Source: Eledone cirrhosa
Lineage: Eukaryota
Assembly: GCA_964016885.1 (NCBI GenBank)
Contig: OZ024740.1
Location: forward strand, 326,988,001-327,052,000
Length of the DNA: 64,000 nucleotides
Reading direction: 5' to 3'
Shown here: positions 27,621 through 41,540 of the stretch, piece after piece
Layout: every line of letters starts with the position of its first letter
Position numbering within the stretch: the first letter of the stretch is position 1
Position numbers and translations under genes: made by a program
Notes under the pieces: model-generated
Database searches by the model: none
What the model saw: the letters and a program-made list of their open reading frames with translations, nothing else
What the model was told of the DNA's origin: nothing

Positions 27621-27824
27621 TATATATATATATATATTGTTATACTTGGGAGGGTCATATTGTTGTAATAATATTGCCAGAAATAATTACAGAACACACT
27701 CACTGTTTGGTTGGTTTTCGCTTCTGTATCTTTTATATCTCCATAGTTAACTTATTTGGCAATCAATGTTTACCATTGATTGACCAACGGTTAAAAATAC
27801 AGATATAAATATATATATGTAGTC

Positions 27825-27868
27825 TATCAAAGTTCTTTCGTTGCACATCTGCAGCATCATCAGTGGTA
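27825..27868 (-). ncRNA. Minimal hammerhead downstream of the GIY-YIG ORF
   Basis: tacca CTGATGA tgc-tgca-gatg-tgca-ac GAAA gaac TT tgata; one mismatch each in stems I and II. Confidence 0.6.
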
Positions 27869-28108
27869 CTATTATTATGTTCCCTGCTATTGTATTGTAT
27901 TGTAATGTCTACGCCATTTTCATCTTATTTATTTATTTCTTCTTGTCTCCATCTCTGCGCATATGTGTGTCTGTATAATGTTTGGTGTGTGTGTTCGCGT
28001 TTGAGTGTATGTGTTTTGGTTTTTGTATTCTATCTTTGTTTACTAGTGTGTGTTTATATGTTTGTTGTTACTGTACTTATGTATATATTTATTTATTTAT
28101 TTATTCAT

Positions 28109-28615
28109 TTATATTTCCCTTAAGTCAGTATTGTTTGATTGGGTATGGTTGTTGTTGTTATTCCATTCATTTTTTCTGTTTAACTTTGGTTTTATAAGCT
28201 CAATCGCAGTAGCTTCTCTGATTTGCCTACCTGTTGAGTCATTTCTATGTTTTGATATTATTTTAATTTCTATGTTGTCAATATTACCGTCATGTCTTTA
28301 TCTGGCGTGTTCGTATAGTACTGAACCGTTTTTTTTGTCCTTTTAGTTCCCCCCTAGTGTTGGTCTATTCTTTCTCCTATACATCGAGCTGTCTCACCTA
28401 TGTATGTCGTTGTCATGTTTCTGCAAGTACCCTCTGTACATCCTATGCTATAGTCTACATTTCTATTTTTACAGTTTATCTGGGGCTTCATTTTACATAT
28501 AACACATTTTTTATTAGTACGGTGGGTTTTCTTAAAAGGGTATGTTTTGTTGATCAGGGATTTTATGGTAGTTCCTGGCTTTTTTACCACTTTAATCTTA
28601 AAGTGGGTCTTTCTT
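28109..28615 (-). pseudogene. Penelope GIY-YIG endonuclease remnant
   Basis: CVICK..NCKNRNVDYSIGC..TC..YIGETARCIGERIDQH*..SVLYEHAR*RH..RQIREATAIELIKPKLNRKNEW; two in-frame stops. Confidence 0.9.
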
Positions 28616-29006
28616 AGGGCCTTTCTACATTGGTTAGCTAATTGGATATGAAAGGAATTTTCCCATTAACCAGGAGCAAATCATGGAATAGCTTAGATAG
28701 GACTAAACATAAGATAGGGAAAGCCACTTCATAGTACGACAACAAGAGACACCAGAGTGTCATGTTCGTGGATGCTACCTTTGGGGGGAAATTAATGATA
28801 AACAATGATAAACATTGGTCAATCAATGATAAACATTGATTGTCAAATAAATTAACTATGGAGATATAAAAGATACAGAAGCGAAAACCAACCAAACAGT
28901 GAGTGTGTTCTGTAATTATTTCTGGCAATATTATTACAACAATATGACCCTCCCCAAGTATAACAATATTTGTTTCGACACACGATTTCATATAAAAACC
29001 TTGCAA

Positions 29007-29070
<64 letters not shown>

Positions 29071-29316
29071 CATATATATACATATATACATATATATATA
29101 TATACGTATGTACGTGTGTATGCCAGCTTGAAAGGAACGGGCACGATTCATTAGATCAATCAAGGGAAGCATATTTACTTTGCAGGTTGACATGACTTAG
29201 GGGCTATACAGGGTATCTCTTGGACTTCAACTCCTAAAAGTTTCGAAATTGTGAGGATAGGCTCGATTTTGGGAGTCTTTTCCTCCCTCACCATATTCTG
29301 ACAAGACTATTTGCGC

Positions 29317-29460
<144 letters not shown>

Positions 29461-30812
29461 ATGTGTGTGTCCGTGTGTGTATATATATGTTTCAATATTT
29501 ACCCTTTCATTAGTAACTCCCGGTAGGGTTTGAATCGAACAACGGGTTTGCCCCAAGCGTCCCGGGGATATCTAATGAATCCGCCCTTTATGACGCGAGC
29601 TGCCTCCCATACTTTTCATAAACGCACAACGACTTCCTGCGTTCATATTTAGTCAACCATTGGCAGTTACTAATGAGAAGGTAAATATTGAAATTGTGGA
29701 ATATGAATTGTGCTGCAAATGTGATAAATTATAAAACCACATTAAAGGCAAAGTGCGACAGTTGATATTGACTTTCAGCCGACCCAGGAAGGGTTATATC
29801 CGACTGTGGAAAGATTACAACCTCCAGATTCAGTAATCTACATGAAAACCACATGGTGGACATATAAACAACATTGTTGTCATTGACAGTTCTAGCCGTG
29901 AGTTTACTATATATTCTGTAGTACTTGTACACACCATAAATTTACACTTATTCTAATAAGCCCGCCTATTAATCTAACCATACTGCTTTTCCTTCACTCT
30001 GCCCTAGGTAATTCCATAGGCGGAGTTTTCTATATACGCTTACTGTCTACGAGACTAACTAGCCATTACCAATAGCATTTACTGTGGTATATTTACATAC
30101 GGTATGGCACCTTAGCCCGATGCAGACTAGGCCATACTGTGTATTTCACGTGGGACGTTGGGTTGCGTAACCGAAAGTGAAGACTGTGAGAGATAGCAGA
30201 TATTGTGGACCTGTTTTATTTCCACTTCCTTCATTGGAGTGCCAGCAGTGCATGTACTCTACTTTACCTCACTTCATTGTATTCTATTTTGGATTTAAGT
30301 TGTTTGTTGCTGACTGCCTCTGTGGAGAGATCCTCTATGCGTGTATTTGGAAATACTTGGAACTGGAACCAATGGATAGAGGGTGGTGACCGGATATGGA
30401 GAAATCGACCTGTTACAAGGCGATATTACTGGAGTGCACCATCTTTCCTATAAACAATCCTGCCTGTAAAGCTGCATCACAGCTAACCAACTTTTCTGTT
30501 TACTGACTCCTGCTTACAAGCTTTCATACTCTGCCTGTAAATCATGTACTTGCACTGCTTGTGAATTGATGTATCTATGCTTGGTTTGTTTTTTGGATCA
30601 TGCTGAGTAACACCCTCATTCATTTCTTGCTCTCCTCTCTCAACCTTATGATCTATTGCCCATTTATGAGATAAACTTTTGATGTAATTTTTAATGATGT
30701 TTTATGACATTATATGTATCATGTATTGTGTGCCCCCCTACATGTCCTTCTTCCTTGTTCTGGTGACTAGGCTCGATGGAGCCTACAACCTTTGATATAC
30801 TTTTGTTTATAG

Positions 30813-30857
30813 GCTCCGATGATTCCTGCCCTATAGTATGGATGAAACACTGTTGGC
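30813..30857 (+). ncRNA. Variant or degenerate hammerhead (CCGATGA)
   Basis: gct CCGATGA t-tcc..gga-t GAAA cactg TT ggc, then aaataaaa. Confidence 0.45.
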
Positions 30858-31316
30858 AAATAAAACAATGTATTTCTAAGCACCCTTTGGTTAATCCTAA
30901 ACTTATAACGGCTCTGTGGTATAATAGTTATCCTACATTGAGCTAAAACCACACTGTCATACCAAGGACAATATATCTGTGTGTATGTGCACATTAGTAT
31001 AATTGTCAACGAAACTATACATATGTATATGTAGCTCCTGATGGAGTCGTAGGACCGACGTATCGGAATACGGCATTACTTGGGCATTTTAAGCCTAGTG
31101 ATGCCCATCTCTATCCAGGTCTAAACACAGCAGATAGAAAGTAGATAAAGTGAGAAAGAGATATGTAGGAAACATCTATCCAATGAACGGCAAAGTTGAC
31201 CTCAGCGGAGAGCAGAGTGCAGAGCCAGAACGAATAGCGCAAACCATTCAATCTGACGTTCTAACGACTCTCTCACTTCGCTTATATACATTCATACATG
31301 CATATATCCATACATC

Positions 31317-31392
<76 letters not shown>

Positions 31393-31404
31393 TATATATA
31401 TATA

Positions 31405-31555
31405 AAACTGGCAATCCGTCGGTTACGAGACGAGTGTCCCATTTGATACGATGAACGGAAAAGCCTGCTCGTTAAATTAATGTACAAGTAGGTGAGCCTT
31501 CCATAGACGAGCGTACCTTTAACGTAGTTCTCAGGGAGATTCAGCGTGGACAGGA
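31405..31555 (-). mobile_element. Cephalopod-type SINE 3' portion
   Basis: agcctgctcgttaaattaatgtacaagt..cttaacgtagttctcagggagattcagcgtg resembles an abundant octopus SINE (recalled, not searched). Confidence 0.5.
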
Positions 31556-31591
31556 GCAAAGTGAAATAAAAATAGTGTCCTGCTGAAACCC

Positions 31592-31657
<66 letters not shown>

Positions 31658-31659
31658 TA

Positions 31660-31856
31660 ATGTCAGGTCGCTCTCGAGTAGTACTGGTAACATGTAACCC
31701 AGTACAACCTGTCTCATTGTCGGGTGGTCGGCGACTAAACCGGCAACCCCACCAAGCTAGCTTGTGAGGCGGGTGATACTTGGACACCCTGCAGGATGAA
31801 ATACAAGATTCGGCAAAGGGCAGAGGAACTCAGCAGAGTCAATGGCCATCCAAATA
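31660..31856 (+). mobile_element. 5' part of non-coding, probably RTE-related element
   Basis: cccagtacaacctgtctca..ggcgactaaac.ggcaac.ccaccaag..gagtcaatggccatccaaa matches reverse complement of 47253-47410. Confidence 0.7.
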
Positions 31857-32072
31857 GTATTTTTTTCTTTGAGGGCTGTCGTATTTTCCGTGGCAAACGT
31901 TTGCTCCGAAGATATATGTCGTCAGTTCCAAAAACTGTGGTCGGTCCTACACAAGCCTTCACCACTTAAAGCAAAACTTTGTGTGGGTAGTTCAGCATCA
32001 GTTCACTTTCTCACATTTAACTTCTGTATATATGAGGGACTCTCCCGTCGGATATCGACGGGAGAGTCCATC

Positions 32073-32203
<131 letters not shown>

Positions 32204-32422
32204 TAAATCAAGAAAGAAGAGTGACATGGTTTGCTATACAATAAGGGCTTTATTCACATTGCATTATAATAAATGTTGGGTAAACCCATACGTACATATG
32301 TATATGTGTGCATGTATGTATGTATATACATACTACTGTACGTCTGTATACATATATGTATGTACATACTTATATTTAAGTACCAGCCGAACTAAGAGTG
32401 AGAAATGAAATTTCATTTTTCC

Positions 32423-32480
<58 letters not shown>

Positions 32481-32592
32481 ATAAAAGGTAAAGGTAAAGA
32501 GATATAACAAAGCAAACGACACAGTACATTGATTGAAGAAATATATTAGTTTAACGCTTGCAATAGCAGGAAAAGAGTTTTAACGAAATATA

Positions 32593-32690
<98 letters not shown>

Positions 32691-32859
32691 ATACTTTGGG
32701 AGGGTCATGTTGCCAATAAGAAACACACGCACCAGTGCTTTCACTCCAATTTTTTATAAATTTAAACATTTTTTCAAAAAAATTTTTTATTTATTATTTA
32801 TATTTTTAAATTTATAAATTTCCGGTTGGTTGGTTGGTTGGTTCCACAACCGGACGGTT

Positions 32860-33333
<474 letters not shown>

Positions 33334-33365
33334 TATATATATGAGTTCGATTTATATATATATAT

Positions 33366-33530
33366 GAGTTCGATTCCTGGACCAGGCGATGCGTTATGTC
33401 CTTGGGCAAGACACTTTATTTCACGTTGCTCCTTCTACCTGGAGTTGCGACCGATAGATAGTATTAGCAATTGGAAAGACCAACGGAAACATTGATCCCT
33501 CGGTCCGATTTGACGAAAGTCGATCGTCTT
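33366..33530 (+). mobile_element. CORE-like SINE fragment
   Basis: gagttcgattcct B-box plus gtccttgggcaagacactttatttcacgttgctcc; related copy at 35495-35765. Confidence 0.6.
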
Positions 33531-33572
33531 CCTATATATATATAGTGGTAGAACACTCGAAGATGTCCATTA

Positions 33573-33610
33573 CGAGCTGAGGATCCGCTAAGGTGAAACA
33601 ATTGTTCTCG
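33573..33610 (+). ncRNA. Minimal type I hammerhead in ~100 bp insert within (TA)n
   Basis: cgag CTGAGGA t-cc-gctaa-gg-t GAAA caattg TT ctcg; palindromic stem III ACAATTGT. Confidence 0.75.
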
Positions 33611-33642
33611 ATATGGCGAACTAACTGTTGTGTATCCATTTC

Positions 33643-33685
<43 letters not shown>

Positions 33686-34256
33686 CTGTGTGTCTGTGTG
33701 TGCGTCTACATATAGATAGATAGACAGATAAATATACAGATCGAATATATATATATATATAGATCGATAGATAGATGGTCCCTGGCCAGTTTCCAATGTA
33801 AGGGAACGGACTTAATTAATTCTATATATGGTATATTGGGTAGATTGGGATATATTTAATCAGCTGTCACCATTTGAATTCAGTGGAGAAATTTGAGGTG
33901 AAAGTTTAGGTAAATGTGAGAATTTAGTGACATTATTAACCCTTCATCTTTCTATAGTTCTCTATTAATCTTTTTGTTTTTATATCAAAGATGGAGAAAT
34001 CAACAATATATCCTCCTTAAATGTAGTTTGATGTATCTAACTTAAGTTAAAACATTAATACCACACCACCTTATTTTTTTCGTATTTTCCAAATCTCGCT
34101 ACACTTCGTATTACGTATGAGGATGATTGCCAAACTTAGTGAAGCAATTAAGTCTCCCATCACATCAGATAAAAGATGTTTTTCATACTATCTATGTATC
34201 GATCTACCACCCTACGTATCAACCACCATCCCTCTCTCCCTCACTATCGACCTACC

Positions 34257-34296
<40 letters not shown>

Positions 34297-34604
34297 GTAT
34301 GTATATGTATATATATATGTATATATATATATGTATATGTATATATATATACATATACATATATATATATATTACAAGTTGTAAACTAGTCTTACGTTTA
34401 TAATTGGCATCTTACTTGAAATCTCTGTTGAAAAATGATTCTGTCTGTTACCGTGCCACCCTCTCCTCCTCATTATTCATTTCACACTTTTTCTTCTTTC
34501 AGTTTAGGTTTCTAACACATTGCCAAATGGACATAGGTAAACATACATTTCGTAATTAGTGTGTATTTTTGTGTGTTGTTAGTGTGAATTTGAGTACGAA
34601 CGCT

Positions 34605-34754
<150 letters not shown>

Positions 34755-34878
34755 CTTGCCTTTTGTTTTTCAACTATAAGAAATACTAGATACTTCTCCT
34801 AATCTGCCATGGCTTACTATCTCTATACGTACGTCAAATTGATTGAGTATATATATATGTGAGTGTGTGTGTGTGTAT

Positions 34879-34965
<87 letters not shown>

Positions 34966-35767
34966 TGCATGAGTATACATATATACATAAAAAAAACAGT
35001 CGTCACTAGCAATCAAGTATGATTACATAGTATATCATATACTTTTGGGATATATATTAGCCTGGGCTGAGTAATTTCTTTATCGACACTGAAAAGATGA
35101 AAGACAATGTGGACCTCAGTGGAATTCTTGACTCAGATCGCAAAGACCCCAAAACAAATATCAAACGCTCCACTGACTCGACCGCAAATATATATAAATA
35201 TATATATGTTTATACGTCACAGCCATGCTATTGCTGATATGTATGTACACATACAGCCACCCCACCACATATATATTAACTATGTATAGGAACCATATAG
35301 ATTACACACAGGTCACTCTTCTTTCTGTTATCACATCCTTAATGTTCTACTGGATCAAAAGTGTGTATCTTTTACTGCCTACATGAGCAACTAAAACCCC
35401 TAACGAAAGCATGCCATATACTAATATATATATATATATATAGAGATAGATATGTATATGTACTTGAGGGCTCATGACATGGTCGTTAGACGAGATCTGG
35501 CGATGTGGTGTGTCCTTGAGCAAGAAACCTTATTTCACGTTGCTCCAGTTCACTTAATTGGAAAAAATGAGTTGCAACGTCACAGATGCCTAGCTATTTC
35601 ACCCTTTGTCACTCACTGGGATGATATCGGTGGCATAGAGATGGGAGGCTGTTATGCATTGGCTACGTCTGGTCTTTCACAAACAATTTTGCCCGAGCTT
35701 GCGTTGCAGAGAATTTTCTCGGTGTGAATCTCATGATCAATCGTGACTGACGAGGGGGGGGGGTCTT

Positions 35768-35807
<40 letters not shown>

Positions 35808-36585
35808 ATTGCTCTCATACATCCTCACTTCCATATTACAATTGTGCAAATTTAGTAGTTTTTCTTTATCACATATCAGCCTTGATTAAGAAAACTTATG
35901 ATCAAAGGCGTTCAAGATTTGACCACACAAACTTAACATTATCTTGTTCTATTTTAAGTCGGCAATGTGTGATTGGATTTGAGTGCTATTTCTGGTAGAT
36001 CGAGCTAGACAGCTCATGCAGGATTAGTAGTTCCAAGAAGCAGGAATCATTTCAATAACAGATTTTATAGTTGTTTTTTAATCTCCAGGTCAACCTTGGT
36101 TCAGCACACCTATTATAAAACGAGTTTCATCAGACTAGTTATTATGTTTTTTTTTTTACACCAACGACTATATTGTCTGACGTGTTTGTGTTTCATATAT
36201 ATATATATATCTGTGTGTGTGTGTGTGATCTCTTTGTGTGTATGTGTGCTTGCCTGATCGATCAACCGATTTTGCATATGTAAGTTTAGTTGTTTATGAG
36301 AAGAGAGTGTGCAATGTTATAAAGGTTTTCCACCTTTTGGGTTGTGACTGTGTCGTGATACTGTTAAGAGAAATTAGTTCATCATTTAAAATGTTTATAA
36401 CGTCCTTGTTCGAAGTCTTAAAGAAAAGCTATATATCAAACATACATAAAGGTGATTTGCTAAATGGAAGAACAGCTAGCTAGTTGATATAGAAAATGAA
36501 GAACGAGAGGGATGTAATCGAATTATGAGACATCTCAGAGTTAGTAGAATGAGTGTTGTAGATAGAGATAGAATGAGTGTTGGAA

Positions 36586-36620
<35 letters not shown>

Positions 36621-36879
36621 GAAAGTGGTCTGAAAAGTATTCTGGCTTGACCAGAGATAAAGAGAAGCTAGTGGTGAGTATATTTGTATATTTTCCTGAG
36701 TGTTCTTCTACTAGACACTATTGAAGATTTTATTTATGTCATTAGTAACAATAGTGATTTTACTGAAGTTTTATAAGACCGAAAGAACCGCACCACCAGT
36801 CTTTTACATAAAGATGTAAGAAAACGTACTGATTTTCACTGAGAAAGGGGATGAAGATAAAAGAGCCGGTCGTTTATGA

Positions 36880-37800
36880 CTATTTCCTTATCATTCCAGA
36901 TATCGGAAGCGAGAGCAATAGACCAATAATGAGCAGGATCTTAAGAAGATGGCGTTCTTTAGGAATGGGACACTGTCGCGTTTCCATAGGCTGTAGTAGA
37001 TCCCCATCGAGAGGAGAAAGGTTGAAGTGTTTGATGAGGACAAGAACCAAAGACTTTCACTTTTCTCTCTCGACGTTAGGCTGGCATGATCAGAGAGGTT
37101 TCTGAGAAGTCTGATGATAGTATGTAAGTTTGTGTGGCTGGTAATCTCGAGAGAGGATCAGTTCGAAAAGAGTTTTGTGTATCTAGAATGAATTTTAAAA
37201 AGCAAATATAGTTTACTGAATCATGTAGAGGAGAGGTAGAATTCTGAAAGGTTGTAGAAATCCTGATAGCAAGGGAGAAATCCTGATAGCAATGGACCAG
37301 AAAGTCGGCCAGCTATTCGGAAGCGAAAGCTTGTTTGACGTGAAATGCACGACAAGGCGCTCCTTTTCAGAAAGCCGTCTGGTATTATATGCTATACAGA
37401 AAGCCGTCTGGTTATATATGCTATACAGAGTTTTATTTGCTATGGTGCAAATGCGAATAAACGACTTAGTTATTTTGAGATTGTGGGTTTTAGCCATATG
37501 TAGAATATTAGGAGGCATATGTTATCTCTAAGCACAACTTTAGCAAAAACAGACAGCATGGAACTGACAGAGCTCTGACGAATTAGCCGACTTAAAACAC
37601 CAGAAGATACCGGAGTCAAAGGATGTGTGAAAGTTTCATGTGGTGCGGCATGCTTTGATTTGTCGGACTATTGTGTAAGGTCAGAGAAAGTGAAAACAGG
37701 TTGGTTTAGAGCAAAATGGATTCCGATGAACATCAGTGTTCCGCGAAATAAGGTACCTTAACCCTTTAGGGCAGTATCTGGCTAGAATTCTCTCATCTCT
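36880..37800 (-). mobile_element. CR1/L2-like LINE remnant
   Basis: Minus strand LVLVLIKHFNLS.. and WKRDSVP.. resemble the LxxLFNxS..WKxAxVxPIPK motif upstream of RT; heavily decayed. Confidence 0.4.
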
Positions 37801-38512
37801 TTCTGTTCAAACAGGCTATAACCGGCTGCTTATACTGATTGTTCTCAAAATAAATGAAATCAAAATCTTATAGATTCGATATTATATGAGATAATTATGT
37901 AAGATAACACTAAATTTAGAATAATGTAAATAAATGCTAAAGGGTTAAAATTTAATAAAATAAAAAAAAAATATTTGTTATATGAATAAAGTCTCTCTCC
38001 AGAAAGGTATTAAAATGTCTTATTAAAAATTAGAATGGAGAAGATTATCCCGAAAAAATAGTTAGGAGTTCACTGATTTTTTAAAGTTCTGCGGGAAAAG
38101 TTTTTTAACTACTAGTTTATAGGTTTAAAATAAATGAAAACTGTTTGGGGAGTCAGTCAGCGTGAGATATGAAAAGGTGGAGAGATTAGTTAGTTTATAG
38201 CTTATGGTTTCATAACTCCTTATGGAGTCGTAGGCGTGCCGTAGTGGCACGCATTCTCTAGGGAATTTTTCAAGCCTGGTGGAACTTAACTGTCTTCAGG
38301 TATTAATACAGCATATTTCTCCCAGAGAAGGATAGAGGGGGAGAGTGGGGAAATAAGAATGAGATATTGAGGAAGAATGAAGCCCAGTACTAGACTGATA
38401 CTTTTTTATCGACCTCGAATAGAAGATGGCAAAGTTGACCTCAGCGAGATTTGAACTGAGAGAGCAGAGAGCCGAAACAAATACCACAAAACATTATTTC
38501 AACATAGTAACT

Positions 38513-38702
38513 AGGGCGGTGGATTGGCAGTATCGGTAGAGAGTCGGACGCCATGCTTCCCAGCATAGTTACGTCCCTTTACGGTCTGAGTTCAAATCCC
38601 GCCGAGGTTAATTTTGCCTTTCACCCTTACGGGGTCGATAAAATAAAGTACCAGTAATGTACTGGGTATTTGCTGGCCTTGTGCCAAAAGTAGAAACAAT
38701 TA
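38513..38702 (+). mobile_element. Full-length young tRNA-derived SINE with 19-bp TSD
   Basis: TSD attatttcaacatagtaac at 38493-38511 and 38699-38717; A and B boxes intact. Confidence 0.92.
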
Positions 38703-39955
38703 TTTCAACATAGTAACGACTCTGCAAATTCGCCAGCTGGCAGTTGAAGATTAAAATCATTTCGGCCTCTATGATAGCAGTGTCAGTATATGAAAGTTGA
38801 GATCTAGAAGAGTTATATATATTGAAGTGACCAAAGCGATGATTTCAGCGAAAGGGAAAATAAGCTTTTTCAAAGGAAAACGTGTGACATCCGAACAGCT
38901 GTGAAAACTGTAAAATTTCGAAAATCAGCTGATAGTTAATGAACGAAATAGATAAGGGAAGAGAAATATTTACAAAAGAAAAATAAAAAGATAAGAGAAG
39001 GAAAAATAGCGAATTCCTTATAATTTCGACACCATTTTAATGGAATGAAATGGAATATATAGTGTTGCTTGAACAATAGACATGGGTTAGAAATAAAAGA
39101 TGAACAATTTGTGGTTAAGCAAATCTGTTTTGTAAAGTTGGTCGTCGTAGTTCCCTTTATTGTTTACCCGCAGGCCAATCCTGATCTTGTAGTCGATGAT
39201 TAAAGACATTCCAAATGTGACTATCCAATTTTTGTGGATATCTATGGTTATGATATGTAATGTTTCCTTCATTTTTTAAAAGAGATTAGAGTGTGAATTT
39301 AGAAATACGTGACTCCATTTCTTAACAGATCAATAGAGGTTTACCGATCATTCATCTTCGACAGGGTTGTAAGTAAGGCGAATGCTTGGTGGAGGATTGT
39401 AGGACGAAATTAAGGCTCAAGATTTTGGACTAAGTCCTCTCTGGATATGTATGAGTATCCAAACTTGAAACTAGAGACAGAGAAACAATCGAATTCTAAT
39501 GCTAGCCGATGAGGAGCAAACATTTCGGGAGAAGAAGATACAAGATTATGTAGTAGTTGACAAGGAAGCCTTTTAACTCGGACATGATATAATATTCGGC
39601 GTTGAGGCTTTTCTGGAAAGTAGTTTTCATTGATATACTCTGATAATTTGTGGTAATACACAAGAAAAGGTGAAGTTCAAGAGAAGTCGTTTAGAAAGTG
39701 GGTTATTATCTAGCCTTAGGCTTCCTAACTCCAAGTTGTTATCTTAAAGAACTTATCTTTCTCGCACTCTCCTCCATTCCTCTCGCCCTCTCTCGCTCTC
39801 TGAGTCTTCTCACTTCTATTTTTTCCTTCCTCACCATCCTATCAACTTCTCTTTTATACTTTATTTCACCTCCTTTCTCTCATTTGCTCCGACTATTCTA
39901 TTTCTTGTATGTTTACACACACACACATGCAAACACACACATACGCGCACACACA

Positions 39956-40055
<100 letters not shown>

Positions 40056-40165
40056 ACACACACACACACACATATATATATATCTTTAAGTCGTTCTTAT
40101 ATATTTGATATATATTTATCCTTATCGAGCCCTCTTTGGATTTTAGTCTTCAAATTTATTATTAT

Positions 40166-40220
<55 letters not shown>

Positions 40221-40489
40221 CATTGTCGAGGCTTCCAAACGACTTAAAGATATTTACTTATTGTTCCACAATGCTTCAAGCAAACTTCAATACTCTCATA
40301 TATATATATATATATATATAAGACTGTCGATTTATATTTATCTGACTATTAACCAATCCATCTATGTGTGCTCTCTCTCCCACCTTTTCTATCTATGTCT
40401 CGATATTAGCATACAGAAGACAAATACGTTAGCTGTAAGTTAGTGACTTCGCGTTAATACACACACGCGCACGCGCGCACGCACACACA

Positions 40490-40578
<89 letters not shown>

Positions 40579-40796
40579 GTCCTTCCCTATGAGCAGATTT
40601 TATCCTCAAACACAGAAATATATATTTATACCAGAGATTAAATGAATGCACATCTGCTTTGTATAATATATTCGAGATTCCTTTCTTCTTCCTTAAAAAA
40701 GGTACCAAATGTACCACTGTCATAGCCCCTTGAATTTACATGAGTTGAAATGTGTATTGTAAAAGGTTTATGATTGTTATACACAATTAGACTCTC

Positions 40797-40862
<66 letters not shown>

Positions 40863-41424
40863 ACACATATATATGAATTAAGGGAAATAATTAGAATTCA
40901 ATGCTAATTTGCATATTACTGCATCTTACCTATTAATGATTGGATAACCCATTTACGTTACAACTGGTAATTTCGTCAAAATAGGCTCTTCAGGCAATGT
41001 TTGGTAAGATCCATTGTTTCACCTGCTAATATTGATTCTTAAGATAATAATGGAAACAATTCTTTGTGTTATTACTACGGAGGTTTGTTCGATATTGCAC
41101 CGTGCCTTTACATTGGTTTTTGTAATTGTCGGATTCCTGTGTTATTGTGTTCCATGACATCCGGTGACAACATCTGCTTCCTATTACGGGCGAAATTTTC
41201 ATATTGAACCATAAAACATCTGTGATTATTCTCTAAGACACGGCTAGAGTTACAGAAAGACTTGCAGAGGGATTAAGAGTTATCGTTGCCAGGAATTTTG
41301 CATAGCGAAATCAAAGACCTAATCTTTGATGAAGTGACAGCAAATATAAGGATGTCTTACATAGCCACAATGTCGTAAATTTTGTAGAAGTGTATAGTCT
41401 CTTAGATATATCCTAGTACATATC

Positions 41425-41540
41425 TTGCGATGGACTGGTGTCCTGTCCAGTGGAGAGTCTAGTACTCTCTGTCGCTTCATGCCACGAAACCGAGATATGC
41501 ACCGACCTGATGAGCCTCCGGGCTTGAGACAGACTTTAGA
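41425..41540 (+). mobile_element. Ancient SINE 3' tail fragment
   Basis: tgcgatggactggtgtcctgtccag..gtcgcttcatgc.acgaaaccgagat..cctgatgagcc resembles tails of widely distributed metazoan SINEs (recalled). Confidence 0.5.

Larger units (their letters stand above)
27637..29012 (-). mobile_element. 5'-truncated Penelope-like element with inverted terminal repeats
   Basis: Inverted repeats 27637-27787 / 28816-28968 enclose a GIY-YIG remnant and a hammerhead; (TA)n flanks; solo copy of the terminus at 51493-51575 and a related end at 32686-32720. Confidence 0.85.

Noticed and set aside
38255-38305. Minus-strand CTGAAGA..GAAA
   Set aside because: No stem I or stem III; chance matches at 2390, 4703, 31919, 47978 and 60055 rejected likewise
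38513-38605. tRNA gene
   Set aside because: A and B boxes present but no cloverleaf; it is the head of a dispersed SINE
41503-41530. CTGATGA gcc..ggc as hammerhead
   Set aside because: No GAAA after the stem; part of a SINE tail
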